Under the pieces are notes generated by a model, which was not told where the DNA came from, did not search any database, and was given only the letters and a program-made list of their open reading frames with translations. A stretch of 64,000 nucleotides of DNA from Candidatus Kapaibacterium sp. (lineage in GTDB: Bacteria > Bacteroidota > Ignavibacteria > Kapaibacteriales > NICIL-2), in assembly GCA_040398805.1 (NCBI GenBank), contig JBBATK010000001.1, forward strand, positions 377,933 to 441,932, written 5' to 3'. Below, piece after piece: positions 46,290 to 56,531 of the stretch (positions within the stretch are counted from its first letter, which is position 1; the number at the start of each line of letters is the position of its first letter). The position numbers and the translations under genes were made by a program.

Positions 46290-47114
46290 CTAGTCCCCGC
46301 GGACGGCGAAATAGAACGACAGCTGAGCTCCGAAGGATACCGAGGTCCACACCGCACGACCACCATAGCTCATGAACGGAAGTGCTATGACAACGGCCGG
46401 CGACACATACATATCCCTGCCAGCACTCACATCGATGCCTGCCATGACGACAGGATTCACAACGACCCGTCTCAACCCCGCCAGATCCCTATCGGCCAGC
46501 GGACGCTCCCGAGAGGTCGTACCGGGAAACACATACCCGCTCGGCTCCACGATGCGTTCCATCAACCGTGACTGCGATCCGACGACGAATTCCGCCCGGA
46601 CACCCAAACTACCCCAAACATGGGAATTTGGAAAACAGACCTTCACGGCGGGTTCGACGTTCAGAGCATGGACGTTGGTTGACAGCTCGTACGACGACTG
46701 TAAATATGAGCCATCGAACAACAAGGCTTTGGGAGAAGTACCCGAAAACATCGACGTCCGATGCGCATACCCCGCTCTGAGATTAAGCGATACGACCGAG
46801 GACCTCCAGTACTCACCGGCGAACTGGAATCGTAACGACGATCCGCTACCCCGTTCGAAGGACGTGCACACGATTTCCGGAAATCCCTCTCGCGCTTGAT
46901 CAAGTACTTTCATGTCTGTCGAATGTCCATCATCCGACGCACTCGCACTCAGACCGATGTACGACGGTGACGCATACATCGGCATTCGAGCGGAGTACTC
47001 CCAATCGAATCCCTGTGCAGGAACCATGACCGTGCTGACAGCAACGAGGCAGAGCCCTATCATCACGTGCAAGCAGCGAACGGCAGTCCGGCGATATTCA
47101 ATGCGATACGACAA
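46290..47114 (-). CDS. Small outer-membrane beta-barrel protein (possibly PorP/SprF-like T9SS-associated barrel)
   Basis: Signal peptide (MIGLCLVAVSTVMVPAQG) and amphipathic beta-strands; C-terminus ...AQLSFYFAVRGD. Its start overlaps the 3' end of the upstream T9SS-cargo gene by 17 nt. Confidence 0.5.
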   Translation of the reverse strand: MSYRIEYRRTAVRCLHVMIGLCLVAVSTVMVPAQGFDWEYSARMPMYASPSYIGLSASASDDGHSTDMKVLDQAREGFPEIVCTSFERGSGSSLRFQFAGEYWRSSVVSLNLRAGYAHRTSMFSGTSPKALLFDGSYLQSSYELSTNVHALNVEPAVKVCFPNSHVWGSLGVRAEFVVGSQSRLMERIVEPSGYVFPGTTSRERPLADRDLAGLRRVVVNPVVMAGIDVSAGRDMYVSPAVVIALPFMSYGGRAVWTSVSFGAQLSFYFAVRGD

Positions 47115-49401
47115 TGGTCACATCCTCGCTAAACATTCCGGATTGCAATCTCATCACGTACACGCCGTTTTCCAAAAGGGTGACAGGAAACGACGTCTCG
47201 TAGTTTCCCACACCGTGGTATCCCGATGCGAGAGTCTGTACGCACTCACCCATAAGGTTGTATATACCCACACGGACATCACCCGCGGTCGGGATGCGGT
47301 ACCTCACCGTGGCCGACTCGGTAAGCGGATGCGGGAACGGCGGGCGTAACGCGAACGTAGCCACAGGGCCACGAGGCAGTTTGTCCTTGAGACCACAGAG
47401 AGAATCCAACACCACCACACCCGTGGGTGATACGGTGGAGAAAATCTTCGCGCAGCTTTCCGTACCGAATTGGACGGTCTGGACGCTGAGGGAAGATCGG
47501 TCGCGCTGACCGAGCATCGACCTGAAACGCAACTTGATCAGGGTGTCCTTTGTGAAAAAGGAAGCTGCCATGACGATCTGCAAGCGCAGCCCACCCTGCG
47601 TCCGACCGATCTGGACGTTTCCCGATGCGGCAGCGCAATCGATGTTATCGTAGTCGATGAACGACAACACCGTCGTGTCGTAGTCCAATACCGCCGAGCA
47701 CCGCGATGCCTTGTTCATGATGTCCGCCCGTCCCCATACGGGAACAATGATCTCGTGACCCGGGAAGACATTTTGTGATGAGGGAATCTGAAGCTCCATG
47801 GTTACCGGTCGAACACCGACTCCCGAGAGCTGCAGAAGCAAGGGTCCGTCGTCGATAGCGGACTGGATGATGAGCACGGCAGCATACGAACCCACGACCG
47901 AGGGTGCGAAGACGATGGGGACGACCGCCTCCGACCGGGCAGGAATCGAGATCGTGCCCGAGGGAACGCCATACCCAAGACCGGGCAAAGCACGGACACC
48001 CATGATTTCTGTCTGCGAGGTCGAGGAATTCCGCAGGCGGAGATTGATCGTGCGGGTGGTCGGACACTCATTGTTCACCACGACACTGTCGAAGTTCACG
48101 TCGACGACGCTGCTTGTCACGGCACGCTCACGGCCCTGGCCCCGCAGATAGAACACAATCGTGCCGACGGAGTCCGGAACACCCTTGATGCGAGTACCGA
48201 TGTCGCTCGTCAAGATCACTTTCATGACAAACGTTCCCACCGACGCGGGCGCAAATACCACCCGCATGGAATCGGTCTGCCGGACGGCGATGTGCCGTTT
48301 GCCTTTGTGCAGAGTATCCAGGATGGAAAACGGCGACTCGTTACCCGCATCGATGCTGCGCAGTTCCGAGCGGGAGAAGAACGGTATGTTTCCTCGGTTC
48401 TCGACGACGATGGCAACACTGTCTTTAGCGCCGACGGTCCATGAGCCCACATCGACGGTATCCCCTCGGAGCACGGCGCGCCGACCCCGCACACCCGCTA
48501 ATCTCAACTCCTGTTCCACACTTGTTCCGCACATGACCATGAAGGTCGTATCGCTCCCAAGTTTCAAAACCGAAGGATTGAAATGCACGATTCCGAACCT
48601 CACGCTGTCCGTGCCTCGGAGTCCGGCCGTATACCGCACACCCACCGTCCGCGGTTTGGCTGTATCCCGCGAAAAGGACATCAATGGGGACTGCTCGAAG
48701 GCGAATCTTCCTGAAGAACCGGACACGACGGTTGATAGCGTATCATCGACGAGAAGGGTGCGACGGATATCGGTATTCCGTAAAACGACGGTCGCCTGTG
48801 AGAACGTCGATGACCCGGCGTAGAGGGAGTCAAAGCGAATGAGGGGGGTAACCCAGAGAGGTCGAATGGTCTTGATGAACCGCAAGACGAAAACTCGCTC
48901 CGCGACGGTGCTGTCGCTGTTCCCTGTCCTCGCAAAAGCCAGTCTCACACGCAGGCGTACGGCATTCTCCCCCTCCGGCGCATCGAGAAGAAAGGTCGAT
49001 GCCTGACATCTCAACGACAAACGCACCGGATTCAACGTATCACGTCCGACCGGCACATTCAGGGGAAAAACCGCAGGATAACTGAACTCCGACAATGAAT
49101 TCGTCGGCGTTAACACACGTATCTCCAAGCCGGAATCGCGAACGACCAGATCTTCGTCACCATCGTTCACGAAATACATATCGCGATAGACGAAGGCGCT
49201 ATCGTTACCTGCCATGAGATATCCGAAGTCGATGGTATCCTTATCGTTCGTGAGAGAACCAAGGATCCTTCCCTTGGGAGTGCCGGCCGTCGTCACTCCG
49301 CAGGCAAGGCAGACAGCAATCACGAAACCCAGCAGCCGGGCAGAGAGATGGAAGGCGATATGTTTGGGTCGATACGGCATGGCTGGTCGATTTTCCTTCA
49401 A
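47098..49401 (-). CDS. Large secreted multi-Ig-domain protein with a type-A T9SS C-terminal sorting domain (T9SS cargo)
   Basis: Signal peptide. Repeated beta-sandwich ('choice-of-anchor'-like) segments. The C-terminal ~80 aa (...TVRYRIPTAGDVRVGIYNLMGECVQTLASGYHGVGNYETSFPVTLLENGVYVMRLQSGMFSEDVTIVVSH) matches the Por-secretion CTD type A pattern. Confidence 0.75.
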   Translation of the reverse strand: MKENRPAMPYRPKHIAFHLSARLLGFVIAVCLACGVTTAGTPKGRILGSLTNDKDTIDFGYLMAGNDSAFVYRDMYFVNDGDEDLVVRDSGLEIRVLTPTNSLSEFSYPAVFPLNVPVGRDTLNPVRLSLRCQASTFLLDAPEGENAVRLRVRLAFARTGNSDSTVAERVFVLRFIKTIRPLWVTPLIRFDSLYAGSSTFSQATVVLRNTDIRRTLLVDDTLSTVVSGSSGRFAFEQSPLMSFSRDTAKPRTVGVRYTAGLRGTDSVRFGIVHFNPSVLKLGSDTTFMVMCGTSVEQELRLAGVRGRRAVLRGDTVDVGSWTVGAKDSVAIVVENRGNIPFFSRSELRSIDAGNESPFSILDTLHKGKRHIAVRQTDSMRVVFAPASVGTFVMKVILTSDIGTRIKGVPDSVGTIVFYLRGQGRERAVTSSVVDVNFDSVVVNNECPTTRTINLRLRNSSTSQTEIMGVRALPGLGYGVPSGTISIPARSEAVVPIVFAPSVVGSYAAVLIIQSAIDDGPLLLQLSGVGVRPVTMELQIPSSQNVFPGHEIIVPVWGRADIMNKASRCSAVLDYDTTVLSFIDYDNIDCAAASGNVQIGRTQGGLRLQIVMAASFFTKDTLIKLRFRSMLGQRDRSSLSVQTVQFGTESCAKIFSTVSPTGVVVLDSLCGLKDKLPRGPVATFALRPPFPHPLTESATVRYRIPTAGDVRVGIYNLMGECVQTLASGYHGVGNYETSFPVTLLENGVYVMRLQSGMFSEDVTIVVSH

Positions 49402-49405
49402 AGCG

Positions 49406-49437
49406 GAAACGAAAAACCCGCAGTTGAATGCGGGTTT
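49406..49437 (-). terminator. Rho-independent terminator after nuoN
   Basis: Minus strand: AAACCCGCA-TTCAAC-TGCGGGTTT hairpin followed by TTTCGTTTCCGC. Confidence 0.6.
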
Positions 49438-49465
49438 CGAACGACGATTTCATCAACGGCAGGCA

Positions 49466-50896
49466 TCAGTGCAAGACGTGCGAGGTGAGCGACGAAAGCA
49501 AACTCGGAAACAGTCCGAGCACCAATACGAAGGTCGTGCACACAAACAACGTCAGACCGGCTGTTCCACCCTCTCCGGATTCGGTTACCTCGGCAACGGG
49601 ATCCTTGAAGTACATGAGCACGACGAGTCCGATGTAGAAATACACGGAAATCATCGACGAGATGACAGCAACGATCGTCAACCAGGTGTACCCGGCTTCC
49701 ACCGCGGCGATGAACAGCGTGTACTTACCGAAAAAGCCCGCCATCGGGGGAATACCCGCCAGCGAGAACATGAACAGAGCCATCAATGCGGCAAGGACCG
49801 GATGCTGACGGGAGAGACCGGCGTAGTCGCTGAGTTCGAGACGTCCGTTGTTGGACGATTCGAGAATGGAAACAACGACGAAGGCGCCCATCTGCATGAA
49901 CATGTACGCAACGGCATAGAACAAGATGCCGCTGGAACCGCGCTCATTCATGGCGACAAAACCGATGAGAAGATAGCCCGCATGCGCTACGGACGAATAC
50001 GCCAGCATGCGCTTGACATTCGTCTGAACAACCGCCGTGACATTTCCTACCACCATGGTCAATGCCGATAGTACGGCAAGCGCACCCTGAAGCTGTCCGT
50101 GGTTGCCCTGTGGGACGACGATGCCGACAAGAGGTATCAACGCGCAGAGGGATGCCGCTTTACCCGCCGTGCTCATGAACGAAGTCACGACCGTCGGCGA
50201 ACCTTCGTACACATCCGGTACCCATTGATGGAACGGGACGACCGCCACTTTGAACCCAAGTCCGATGACGATCAGACCGGTTCCGAGGGCAAGGAGTCGA
50301 GGGAAATGCAGAGCACCTGACTGCACGTGTTCACGAATGACGGTGTAGTCGAGACTCCCTGTGGATCCATAAATGAACGACATGCCGAACACAAGGAAGC
50401 CGGTTGCAAACGCACCAAGGAGGAAGTACTTCAAGGCGCTCTCGATGGAACGTTCGTTCGTGCGGAAGTACCCCGCAAGAACATAGAAGCATACCGACAT
50501 GATTTCAATACCGATGAAGGTCATGAGGAGGTTGTTCGCATGTGCGATGACGCTCATACCCGCAACGGCGAACAAGGTCAACGAATAGAACTCGTCATGT
50601 TCGATATTCTCCCGAAGGATATACGGACGCGCAGCGAACAGGGTCAGGATTCCCGCCAAGCAGAAAACCACATCGAAGAACGACGCATAACCGCCGACGT
50701 TGATCATTCCTTGGAATGCCGTTCCTTGTGCCCAGAAAGTGGCGCATGCGAACACCATCGAGGCAAGCATGCTGAATCCGGCGAACATGAATGTCAGGCG
50801 CTCGCTTTTCGGTGTCAACGCATCGACAACGATGCAGATGACCGAGAGAAGCGATAAGACACTGAGCGGAGACGCATTAATGAGGTCTTGTAGCAT
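49466..50896 (-). CDS. nuoN: NADH-quinone oxidoreductase subunit N
   Basis: 476 aa with 14 TM helices. Mrp-antiporter-like NuoN pattern (...HANNLLMTFIGIEIMSVCFYVLAGY...). Confidence 0.88.
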   Translation of the reverse strand: MLQDLINASPLSVLSLLSVICIVVDALTPKSERLTFMFAGFSMLASMVFACATFWAQGTAFQGMINVGGYASFFDVVFCLAGILTLFAARPYILRENIEHDEFYSLTLFAVAGMSVIAHANNLLMTFIGIEIMSVCFYVLAGYFRTNERSIESALKYFLLGAFATGFLVFGMSFIYGSTGSLDYTVIREHVQSGALHFPRLLALGTGLIVIGLGFKVAVVPFHQWVPDVYEGSPTVVTSFMSTAGKAASLCALIPLVGIVVPQGNHGQLQGALAVLSALTMVVGNVTAVVQTNVKRMLAYSSVAHAGYLLIGFVAMNERGSSGILFYAVAYMFMQMGAFVVVSILESSNNGRLELSDYAGLSRQHPVLAALMALFMFSLAGIPPMAGFFGKYTLFIAAVEAGYTWLTIVAVISSMISVYFYIGLVVLMYFKDPVAEVTESGEGGTAGLTLFVCTTFVLVLGLFPSLLSSLTSHVLH

Positions 50897-50955
50897 GGAG
50901 ATAGTCCGATATGATTTTCACTTGAAACATCCGTCAACCGATACCGCTTCGCCGA

Positions 50956-52503
50956 TCAATGCTCCGGCGATGAGCTCACGCCCTTTGCGTGAACCGAGGG
51001 AGCCATGCCCAAAGCCTTCTCGACCACCAGCTTCGACGATGCGCTGCTGATGTCCATGAAGGTCTTCGGAAACACGCCGATCCAAACAATGAAGACGACG
51101 AGCGGGATGAGCGTCCACATCTCACGCGCGTTGACATCCGTCAGCATCTGGTTCTTGGGATTGTCATTGGTACCGAACATGACACGTTGGAACATCCACA
51201 GCAGGTAAACAGCGGCGAAAATCACCCCTGTCGCACTGAAGATGGCATAACCCCAATTGTGGAGGACGACCGATTGGAAGGCACCGACAAGGGTGAGGAA
51301 CTCTCCGACGAAACCGTTCAATCCCGGAAGGCCCACCGATGCGAACATCGCGATGGCGAAAAGCACTGCGAAGCGAGGCATGACATTCGTGATGCCACCA
51401 AACTCAGCGATATCCCTCGTGTGACGGCGCTCGTATACGACCCCGACGCACAAGAACAACATGCCCGTCGACAAACCGTGATTGACCATCTGGATGATAG
51501 CTCCCTGGACCCCTTCCTCGGTCATGGAAAAAATTCCCAGAACAACGAATCCGAGGTGGCTCACCGATGAATACGCGACAAGCTTCTTGACGTCCGTCTG
51601 CACCATGGCGACGAGTGCGCCGTAAATGATGCCGATGACGGCAAGCGTACAAATGAACGGCGCGAACATCCGTGATGCTTCCGGAAACAAGTCAAGATTG
51701 AAGCGGATGAGACCGTAGGTTCCAAGCTTCAGAAGGATTCCCGCAAGGATGACCGAGCCGGCCGTTGGCGCTTGGACGTGCGCATCCGGAAGCCATGTGT
51801 GGAACGGAAACAACGGGACTTTGATACAGAAGGAGAGCGCGAACGCAAGGAACATCCATTTCGAGATCTCTGTCGGGATGGTCGGAGCGATGGTCTGAAG
51901 CTTTAAGAAGCTGGCGGTGAACCCATGACCGTTCTGTTGCGCATAATATCCCAGCCACACGATCGCCACAAGCATGAGGAGGGAGCCGACGACGGTATAC
52001 AGAAAAAACTTCACTGCGGCGTACACCCTGTCCTGACCGCCCCAGATACCGATAAGGAAATACATCGGAATGAGGATCAACTCCCAGAACGTGTAGAACA
52101 GGAAGGTGTCCATCGCCATGAAGGTGCCCGCCATGCCGAATTGTAGGAAAAGCAGCATCATGTAATACTCTTTTTCGCGCTTGCTGATGGCTTCGAACGA
52201 AGAGTAGATGGCTATCGGCATCATGAACGTGGTGAGCAGGACAAGGAGCAGGCTCATCCCGTCAAGTCCGAGGCGGAAACCGATGTCGAGCGAGGCTATC
52301 CACGGCACGTCCACGATGAACTGGAACCCGGGATTGGTTCGATCGAACGCGAAGAACAACGGGATGGATGCAAGAAACGTCACGATCGAAACACCCAGAG
52401 AGGTGTTCCGGATGATAGAGACCTGCTCGCGACGCGTCAAGAGAATCGCGATGGCTCCGAGGAGCGGTAAAAGCAAGGTAGCAAAGAGCGAACTCATCCC
52501 CAT
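50956..52503 (-). CDS. nuoM: NADH-quinone oxidoreductase subunit M
   Basis: 515 aa. NuoM signature ...GLDGMSLLLVLLTTFMMPIAI...WLPDAHVQAPTAGSVILAGILLKLGTYG. Confidence 0.88.
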   Translation of the reverse strand: MGMSSLFATLLLPLLGAIAILLTRREQVSIIRNTSLGVSIVTFLASIPLFFAFDRTNPGFQFIVDVPWIASLDIGFRLGLDGMSLLLVLLTTFMMPIAIYSSFEAISKREKEYYMMLLFLQFGMAGTFMAMDTFLFYTFWELILIPMYFLIGIWGGQDRVYAAVKFFLYTVVGSLLMLVAIVWLGYYAQQNGHGFTASFLKLQTIAPTIPTEISKWMFLAFALSFCIKVPLFPFHTWLPDAHVQAPTAGSVILAGILLKLGTYGLIRFNLDLFPEASRMFAPFICTLAVIGIIYGALVAMVQTDVKKLVAYSSVSHLGFVVLGIFSMTEEGVQGAIIQMVNHGLSTGMLFLCVGVVYERRHTRDIAEFGGITNVMPRFAVLFAIAMFASVGLPGLNGFVGEFLTLVGAFQSVVLHNWGYAIFSATGVIFAAVYLLWMFQRVMFGTNDNPKNQMLTDVNAREMWTLIPLVVFIVWIGVFPKTFMDISSASSKLVVEKALGMAPSVHAKGVSSSPEH

Positions 52504-52699
52504 TGTGTCTCGTTTGAAGTCGTAAGTACAATGCCCGCAATATAGCAGAGTGGGTAGAATTGAGAAAGGTGCGGGGCGCTGACGACAGGACTGTTGTGGA
52601 CAAATAGTGCCGGCTTGGTGCGGAGTCGGCGTGCGGCAACCGTCCGGATGTCCCTACGCAGGAGGAGGCGCACGTTGCGCGCTTCAGGACGTTGCACGA

Positions 52700-53782
52700 T
52701 CACGAGAGCATCGATTCTCGGATGCGAAGGTAAGAGTCATACCGACCTGCATCGATCAACCCCTCTTCCACCGCCTGCATCACCTTGCACCCAGGCTCGT
52801 GGGTATGCGAGCACGGCAGGTACTTGCAGTCCTGATAGTACGCATCGAAATCATGAAAGAAGTAACTGAGGTCGTCGATGTGTATGTCACTCACCGCGAA
52901 CTCCCGGATGCCGGGAGTATCCACCAGGCACCCGCCTCCGGCAAGTCCGAAGATTCTCGCTCCCGTCGTCGTGTGCTTCCCTTTATCGTATTTGGTGCTG
53001 ATCTCTCGGACCTTCTGCAGATCGAGTTCGAAGCATGCGTTGATGAGCGATGACTTACCCACGCCGCTCGGACCGGCCAACATGGCGGTCGTCCCTTTCA
53101 CCATTATCCGGACTTCCTCCAGTCCCTCGCCCGTCTTGCAACTGCAATACACGACCGGAAGTCCCAACTCGACGTAACAGCGCAGATCCTCCTCCACCGC
53201 CTCGCGTACCATGAGCTCTATCTTGTTGATCACAAGGAGCGGCTTCATGCCTCCGTGTTCGACGGCGATCAGGTACCGGTCGATAAGACGTCGGTTATAG
53301 AACGGTTCCGCGGCGGACTGGACGATGACGCAGTATTCCACGTTCGATGCCAGACACTGCAGGGAACTGCGCTCACCCGCTGTTTTCCGCAGCAGACGTC
53401 CCGTCCGTTTCTCCACGTCGAGAATCACTCCGTGTCGGACATCGTTCTCCTCTGCGGCGAACAGCACATGATCGCCCACACACACCACGGTGTCGTCATC
53501 ATTGTCCGACACGACAATTCCCGCCAGATGGCATTCCCGCACCTGCGGGAATTCACCAACTACCCCTTCGCGCGTGCCGTCGTCGGCCACGAGCCACCGG
53601 GCACCGCTTGTTCCTACCACCCTGCCTCTGCCCGTTGCCTTGTCCCGAATCTGTGAGCTCTCCCGCTTCATCCCCGTGCTGTACCGCTCACGTGAAAACT
53701 CCACTGCCTCATGCTGATGACGCGTGTGGTCGGTTTTGACGATGGACTTCCTGCCGGGCTTTCGTGAAATCTTTTTTTGCAT
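52700..53782 (-). CDS. rsgA: Ribosome small-subunit-dependent GTPase A (YjeQ)
   Basis: Circularly permuted GTPase order: G4 NKIEL, G1 GPSGVGKSS, G3 DTPG. C-terminal zinc ribbon CSHTHEPGCKV. Start trimmed to MQKKISRK (53782); the longer listed ORF extends through GC-rich leader sequence. Confidence 0.82.
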   Translation of the reverse strand: MQKKISRKPGRKSIVKTDHTRHQHEAVEFSRERYSTGMKRESSQIRDKATGRGRVVGTSGARWLVADDGTREGVVGEFPQVRECHLAGIVVSDNDDDTVVCVGDHVLFAAEENDVRHGVILDVEKRTGRLLRKTAGERSSLQCLASNVEYCVIVQSAAEPFYNRRLIDRYLIAVEHGGMKPLLVINKIELMVREAVEEDLRCYVELGLPVVYCSCKTGEGLEEVRIMVKGTTAMLAGPSGVGKSSLINACFELDLQKVREISTKYDKGKHTTTGARIFGLAGGGCLVDTPGIREFAVSDIHIDDLSYFFHDFDAYYQDCKYLPCSHTHEPGCKVMQAVEEGLIDAGRYDSYLRIRESMLS

Positions 53783-53915
53783 GCGGACGGACGGTTGCGG
53801 TGTCTGTGAGGTGCAATAATACGCAGCGACCGCCTGCAGGCGGGCAAACACGTCCAGACGACCTCCCTTTCCCCTCGTCGGCCATCCTCTGCAACGTAGT
53901 TTTGCAGTACTTCTC

Positions 53916-56426
53916 ATGCCGCACCATGTCAACATAGCGCTCCCTATCCCTGCCCGACGCACCTTCACCTATACGGTTCCGGACGACGCTGATGTGCAGT
54001 GTGGAATGCGCGCCCTCGTGCCCTTCGGTAAGAGGACGCTCACAGGCATCATCGTGGAAACCCATGCGCCGTCGTTAGCCGAGGCGAAACCTGTGCACGA
54101 GATCCTTGATGTCATTCCCGTGTTCGATGCCACGATGCTGGAGTTCACCAAATGGATGTCCGACTACTACCTGGCATCATGGGGCGAAACGCTCCATGCG
54201 GCATTGCCGCAGGGCATGACGCCCGAGTCCGTCATCAGCGTGTCGCTCACGGCACCCCTCGATGATCGTCAACTGCAAGAAATGGCACGTCATGCTCCGA
54301 AACGGGCTGCCTTGCTCGTGGCATTGGAGCGTCATAAGGGTCCTTTGCACGTGTCCACCCTTCAACGCGCCCTGCAGAGCGATTCCGTCGCGTCGCAGCT
54401 CGATGCCTTGGAGCATGCAGGACTTGTCACCATCAGCCGTGAGATTCACGGACGTGCCAAGGCGAAGACACAAAAAGCGGTTTCGCTATCCGCAGACATC
54501 CGTTCCGATCACGACAAACTCCGCGCCCTTCTTGATGAACTTGATTCACGAGCACCTGTGCAAGCCCGAATCATCAGCGTGCTAAGCCTGCATCATCGGC
54601 GAAGTGAGGAACCGATGGTCGTCGCCGAGCTTGTCAAGTCCGCCAAAGCGCAGACCGCCTCCATTCAGACGTTGGTGGACAAAGGCATCTGCGAAGAGCA
54701 CGTCGTGGAGGTGCAGCGCAGAGGCGACAGCGACGGAGCGGAATCGCTCGCGCATCGTGACGAAACGGCGCTTCCCTTGCATGCCGAGCAACAACATGCC
54801 TCGGACGTCATCGCCGATGCTTTGTCGTCGGGCCAACAGAAGACCTTCCTCCTCCACGGCATCACGGGAAGCGGTAAGACCTTGGTCTATATGCACGCCA
54901 TCCGAAAGGCGCGCGAACTTGGAAAGAGCGCGTTGGTGCTTGTTCCCGAAATCTCCTTGACTCCGCAGCTGATCGACCGGTTCCGCATGACCTTTGGCAA
55001 CGACATCGCGGTCATCCACAGTCGCATGAGTCCCGGTGAACGCTACGACACATGGCGAGCCATCGCCGGTGGACGCATCTCCATCGTCCTCGGCGTCCGC
55101 AGCGCCCTCTTCGCACCGATCGCTTCGTGCGGACTCATCATCGTGGACGAGGAGCACGAGAGTTCGTATAAACAGGATTCTCCCTCGCCACGGTACCACG
55201 CGCGAGATAGCGCCGTCATGCGCGGAGTGCTCAACCACGCCGTCGTCATTCTCGGCTCCGCCACGCCGTCCATGGAAAGCATGTACAATGCGCAGACGGG
55301 TAAGTATCATCTTCTGGAATTGCACCACCGAAGCGATAATGCCGTCCTGCCAACAGTTCGTCTGATCGATGTTCGCGACGCTCGGAAGAGAAAGAAGATG
55401 TCGGGGGCCTTCTCCGACGAGTTGCTCGACGAGATCAAGAAACGCGTGGCGGCGAATGAGGGTGTGCTGTTGCTGCAGAACAGACGTGGGTTTTCTCCGC
55501 GCCTCGAGTGCGGGGATTGCGGACACATCCCCACCTGCAATCAGTGCAGCGTGGCACTCACCTATCACAAGCATACGAATCTCCTCCGGTGTCACTACTG
55601 CGGATCCACAAGACCCGCGTTGAAGAGCTGCGCGGAATGCGGAAGTGCGGAGATGGCGGAAGTGGGCGTGGGAACGCAGCGGGCCGAGGAGGAACTTCAG
55701 GAATTGATGGAACGCGACGGCGTGAAGGCACGTATCGCGCGGGTGGATCTGGACTCCACCTCGACGAAAGGATCGTTCCGAAAACTGTTGACGGACTTCA
55801 AGAACGGCTCGACGGATATCCTCATCGGCACGAAGATGATCGCCAAAGGTCTGGACATCGACCGTGTGACGTTGGTGGGCGTCATCAATGCAGACCTCCA
55901 GTTGTATGTACCGGACTTCCGTTCCACGGAACGCACCTTCCAACTGCTCACGCAAGTCGCGGGCAGAGCCGGACGTTCAGGATCGTTCAAAGGTGAGGTT
56001 CTCATCCAGACGGGGCATCCCACCCACACCGCCTTGTTGGCGTCGCAACTGCACGACTATCACATGATGTATAACGACGAACTGCAACATCGGAGAGAGG
56101 CCGTGTACCCGCCGTATTCCCGCTTCGTCGTCATCGAACTCACGAGCACGGACATGCAGATGGTGGATGCTCACGCGCAGCATCTGTGCTTCGCCCTTCC
56201 GCGCACCCATCCCGCTCTCCAGGTGTTGGGTCCCACCCGCCCCATGATGGACAAGCTTCGCGGACAGTTCCGTCGCGTCATCATCATCAAGAACCGGAAA
56301 GCCGAAGACCCCGGAGGCAACATCCTGCGTCATGCCATCTCGACGGCACTCCAGCACTATCGCGATCGGCACGCGCACTCGAACGTCCGCGTCACGGTAG
56401 ATGTGGACTCACAGTCCGCCGTCTAG
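53916..56426 (+). CDS. priA: Primosomal protein N' (replication restart helicase PriA)
   Basis: N-terminal 3'-DNA-binding domain (ALPIPARRTFTYTVPDD). Helicase motif I GITGSGKT, DEEH. Cys-rich zinc-binding insert (CGDCGHIPTCNQC...CHYCGSTRPALKSCAEC). 836 aa. Confidence 0.9.
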   Translation: MPHHVNIALPIPARRTFTYTVPDDADVQCGMRALVPFGKRTLTGIIVETHAPSLAEAKPVHEILDVIPVFDATMLEFTKWMSDYYLASWGETLHAALPQGMTPESVISVSLTAPLDDRQLQEMARHAPKRAALLVALERHKGPLHVSTLQRALQSDSVASQLDALEHAGLVTISREIHGRAKAKTQKAVSLSADIRSDHDKLRALLDELDSRAPVQARIISVLSLHHRRSEEPMVVAELVKSAKAQTASIQTLVDKGICEEHVVEVQRRGDSDGAESLAHRDETALPLHAEQQHASDVIADALSSGQQKTFLLHGITGSGKTLVYMHAIRKARELGKSALVLVPEISLTPQLIDRFRMTFGNDIAVIHSRMSPGERYDTWRAIAGGRISIVLGVRSALFAPIASCGLIIVDEEHESSYKQDSPSPRYHARDSAVMRGVLNHAVVILGSATPSMESMYNAQTGKYHLLELHHRSDNAVLPTVRLIDVRDARKRKKMSGAFSDELLDEIKKRVAANEGVLLLQNRRGFSPRLECGDCGHIPTCNQCSVALTYHKHTNLLRCHYCGSTRPALKSCAECGSAEMAEVGVGTQRAEEELQELMERDGVKARIARVDLDSTSTKGSFRKLLTDFKNGSTDILIGTKMIAKGLDIDRVTLVGVINADLQLYVPDFRSTERTFQLLTQVAGRAGRSGSFKGEVLIQTGHPTHTALLASQLHDYHMMYNDELQHRREAVYPPYSRFVVIELTSTDMQMVDAHAQHLCFALPRTHPALQVLGPTRPMMDKLRGQFRRVIIIKNRKAEDPGGNILRHAISTALQHYRDRHAHSNVRVTVDVDSQSAV

Positions 56427-56531
56427 AACAGCACAAGCGCACATGCGTCCTTCAATTCATTTTCATTCGACGGCGCGCCCGCTATATTGCACCGAATGGT
56501 TGACGACAACATCGAATTCAGGAATCGGAAT

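Noticed and set aside
54582-55955. 457-aa minus-strand ORF inside priA
   Set aside because: Antisense to the conserved PriA helicase motifs; no domain signature. GC-rich shadow frame. The same logic was applied to 19869..20837(+), 26723..28051(+), 28999..29769(+), 30145..31077(+), 36796..38013(+), 40169..40930(+), 60396..61256(+), 61198..62007(+), 63360..63992(+), 9013..9768(-), 11806..12678(-), 15061..16062(-), 56463..57152(-) and 3917..4756(+).
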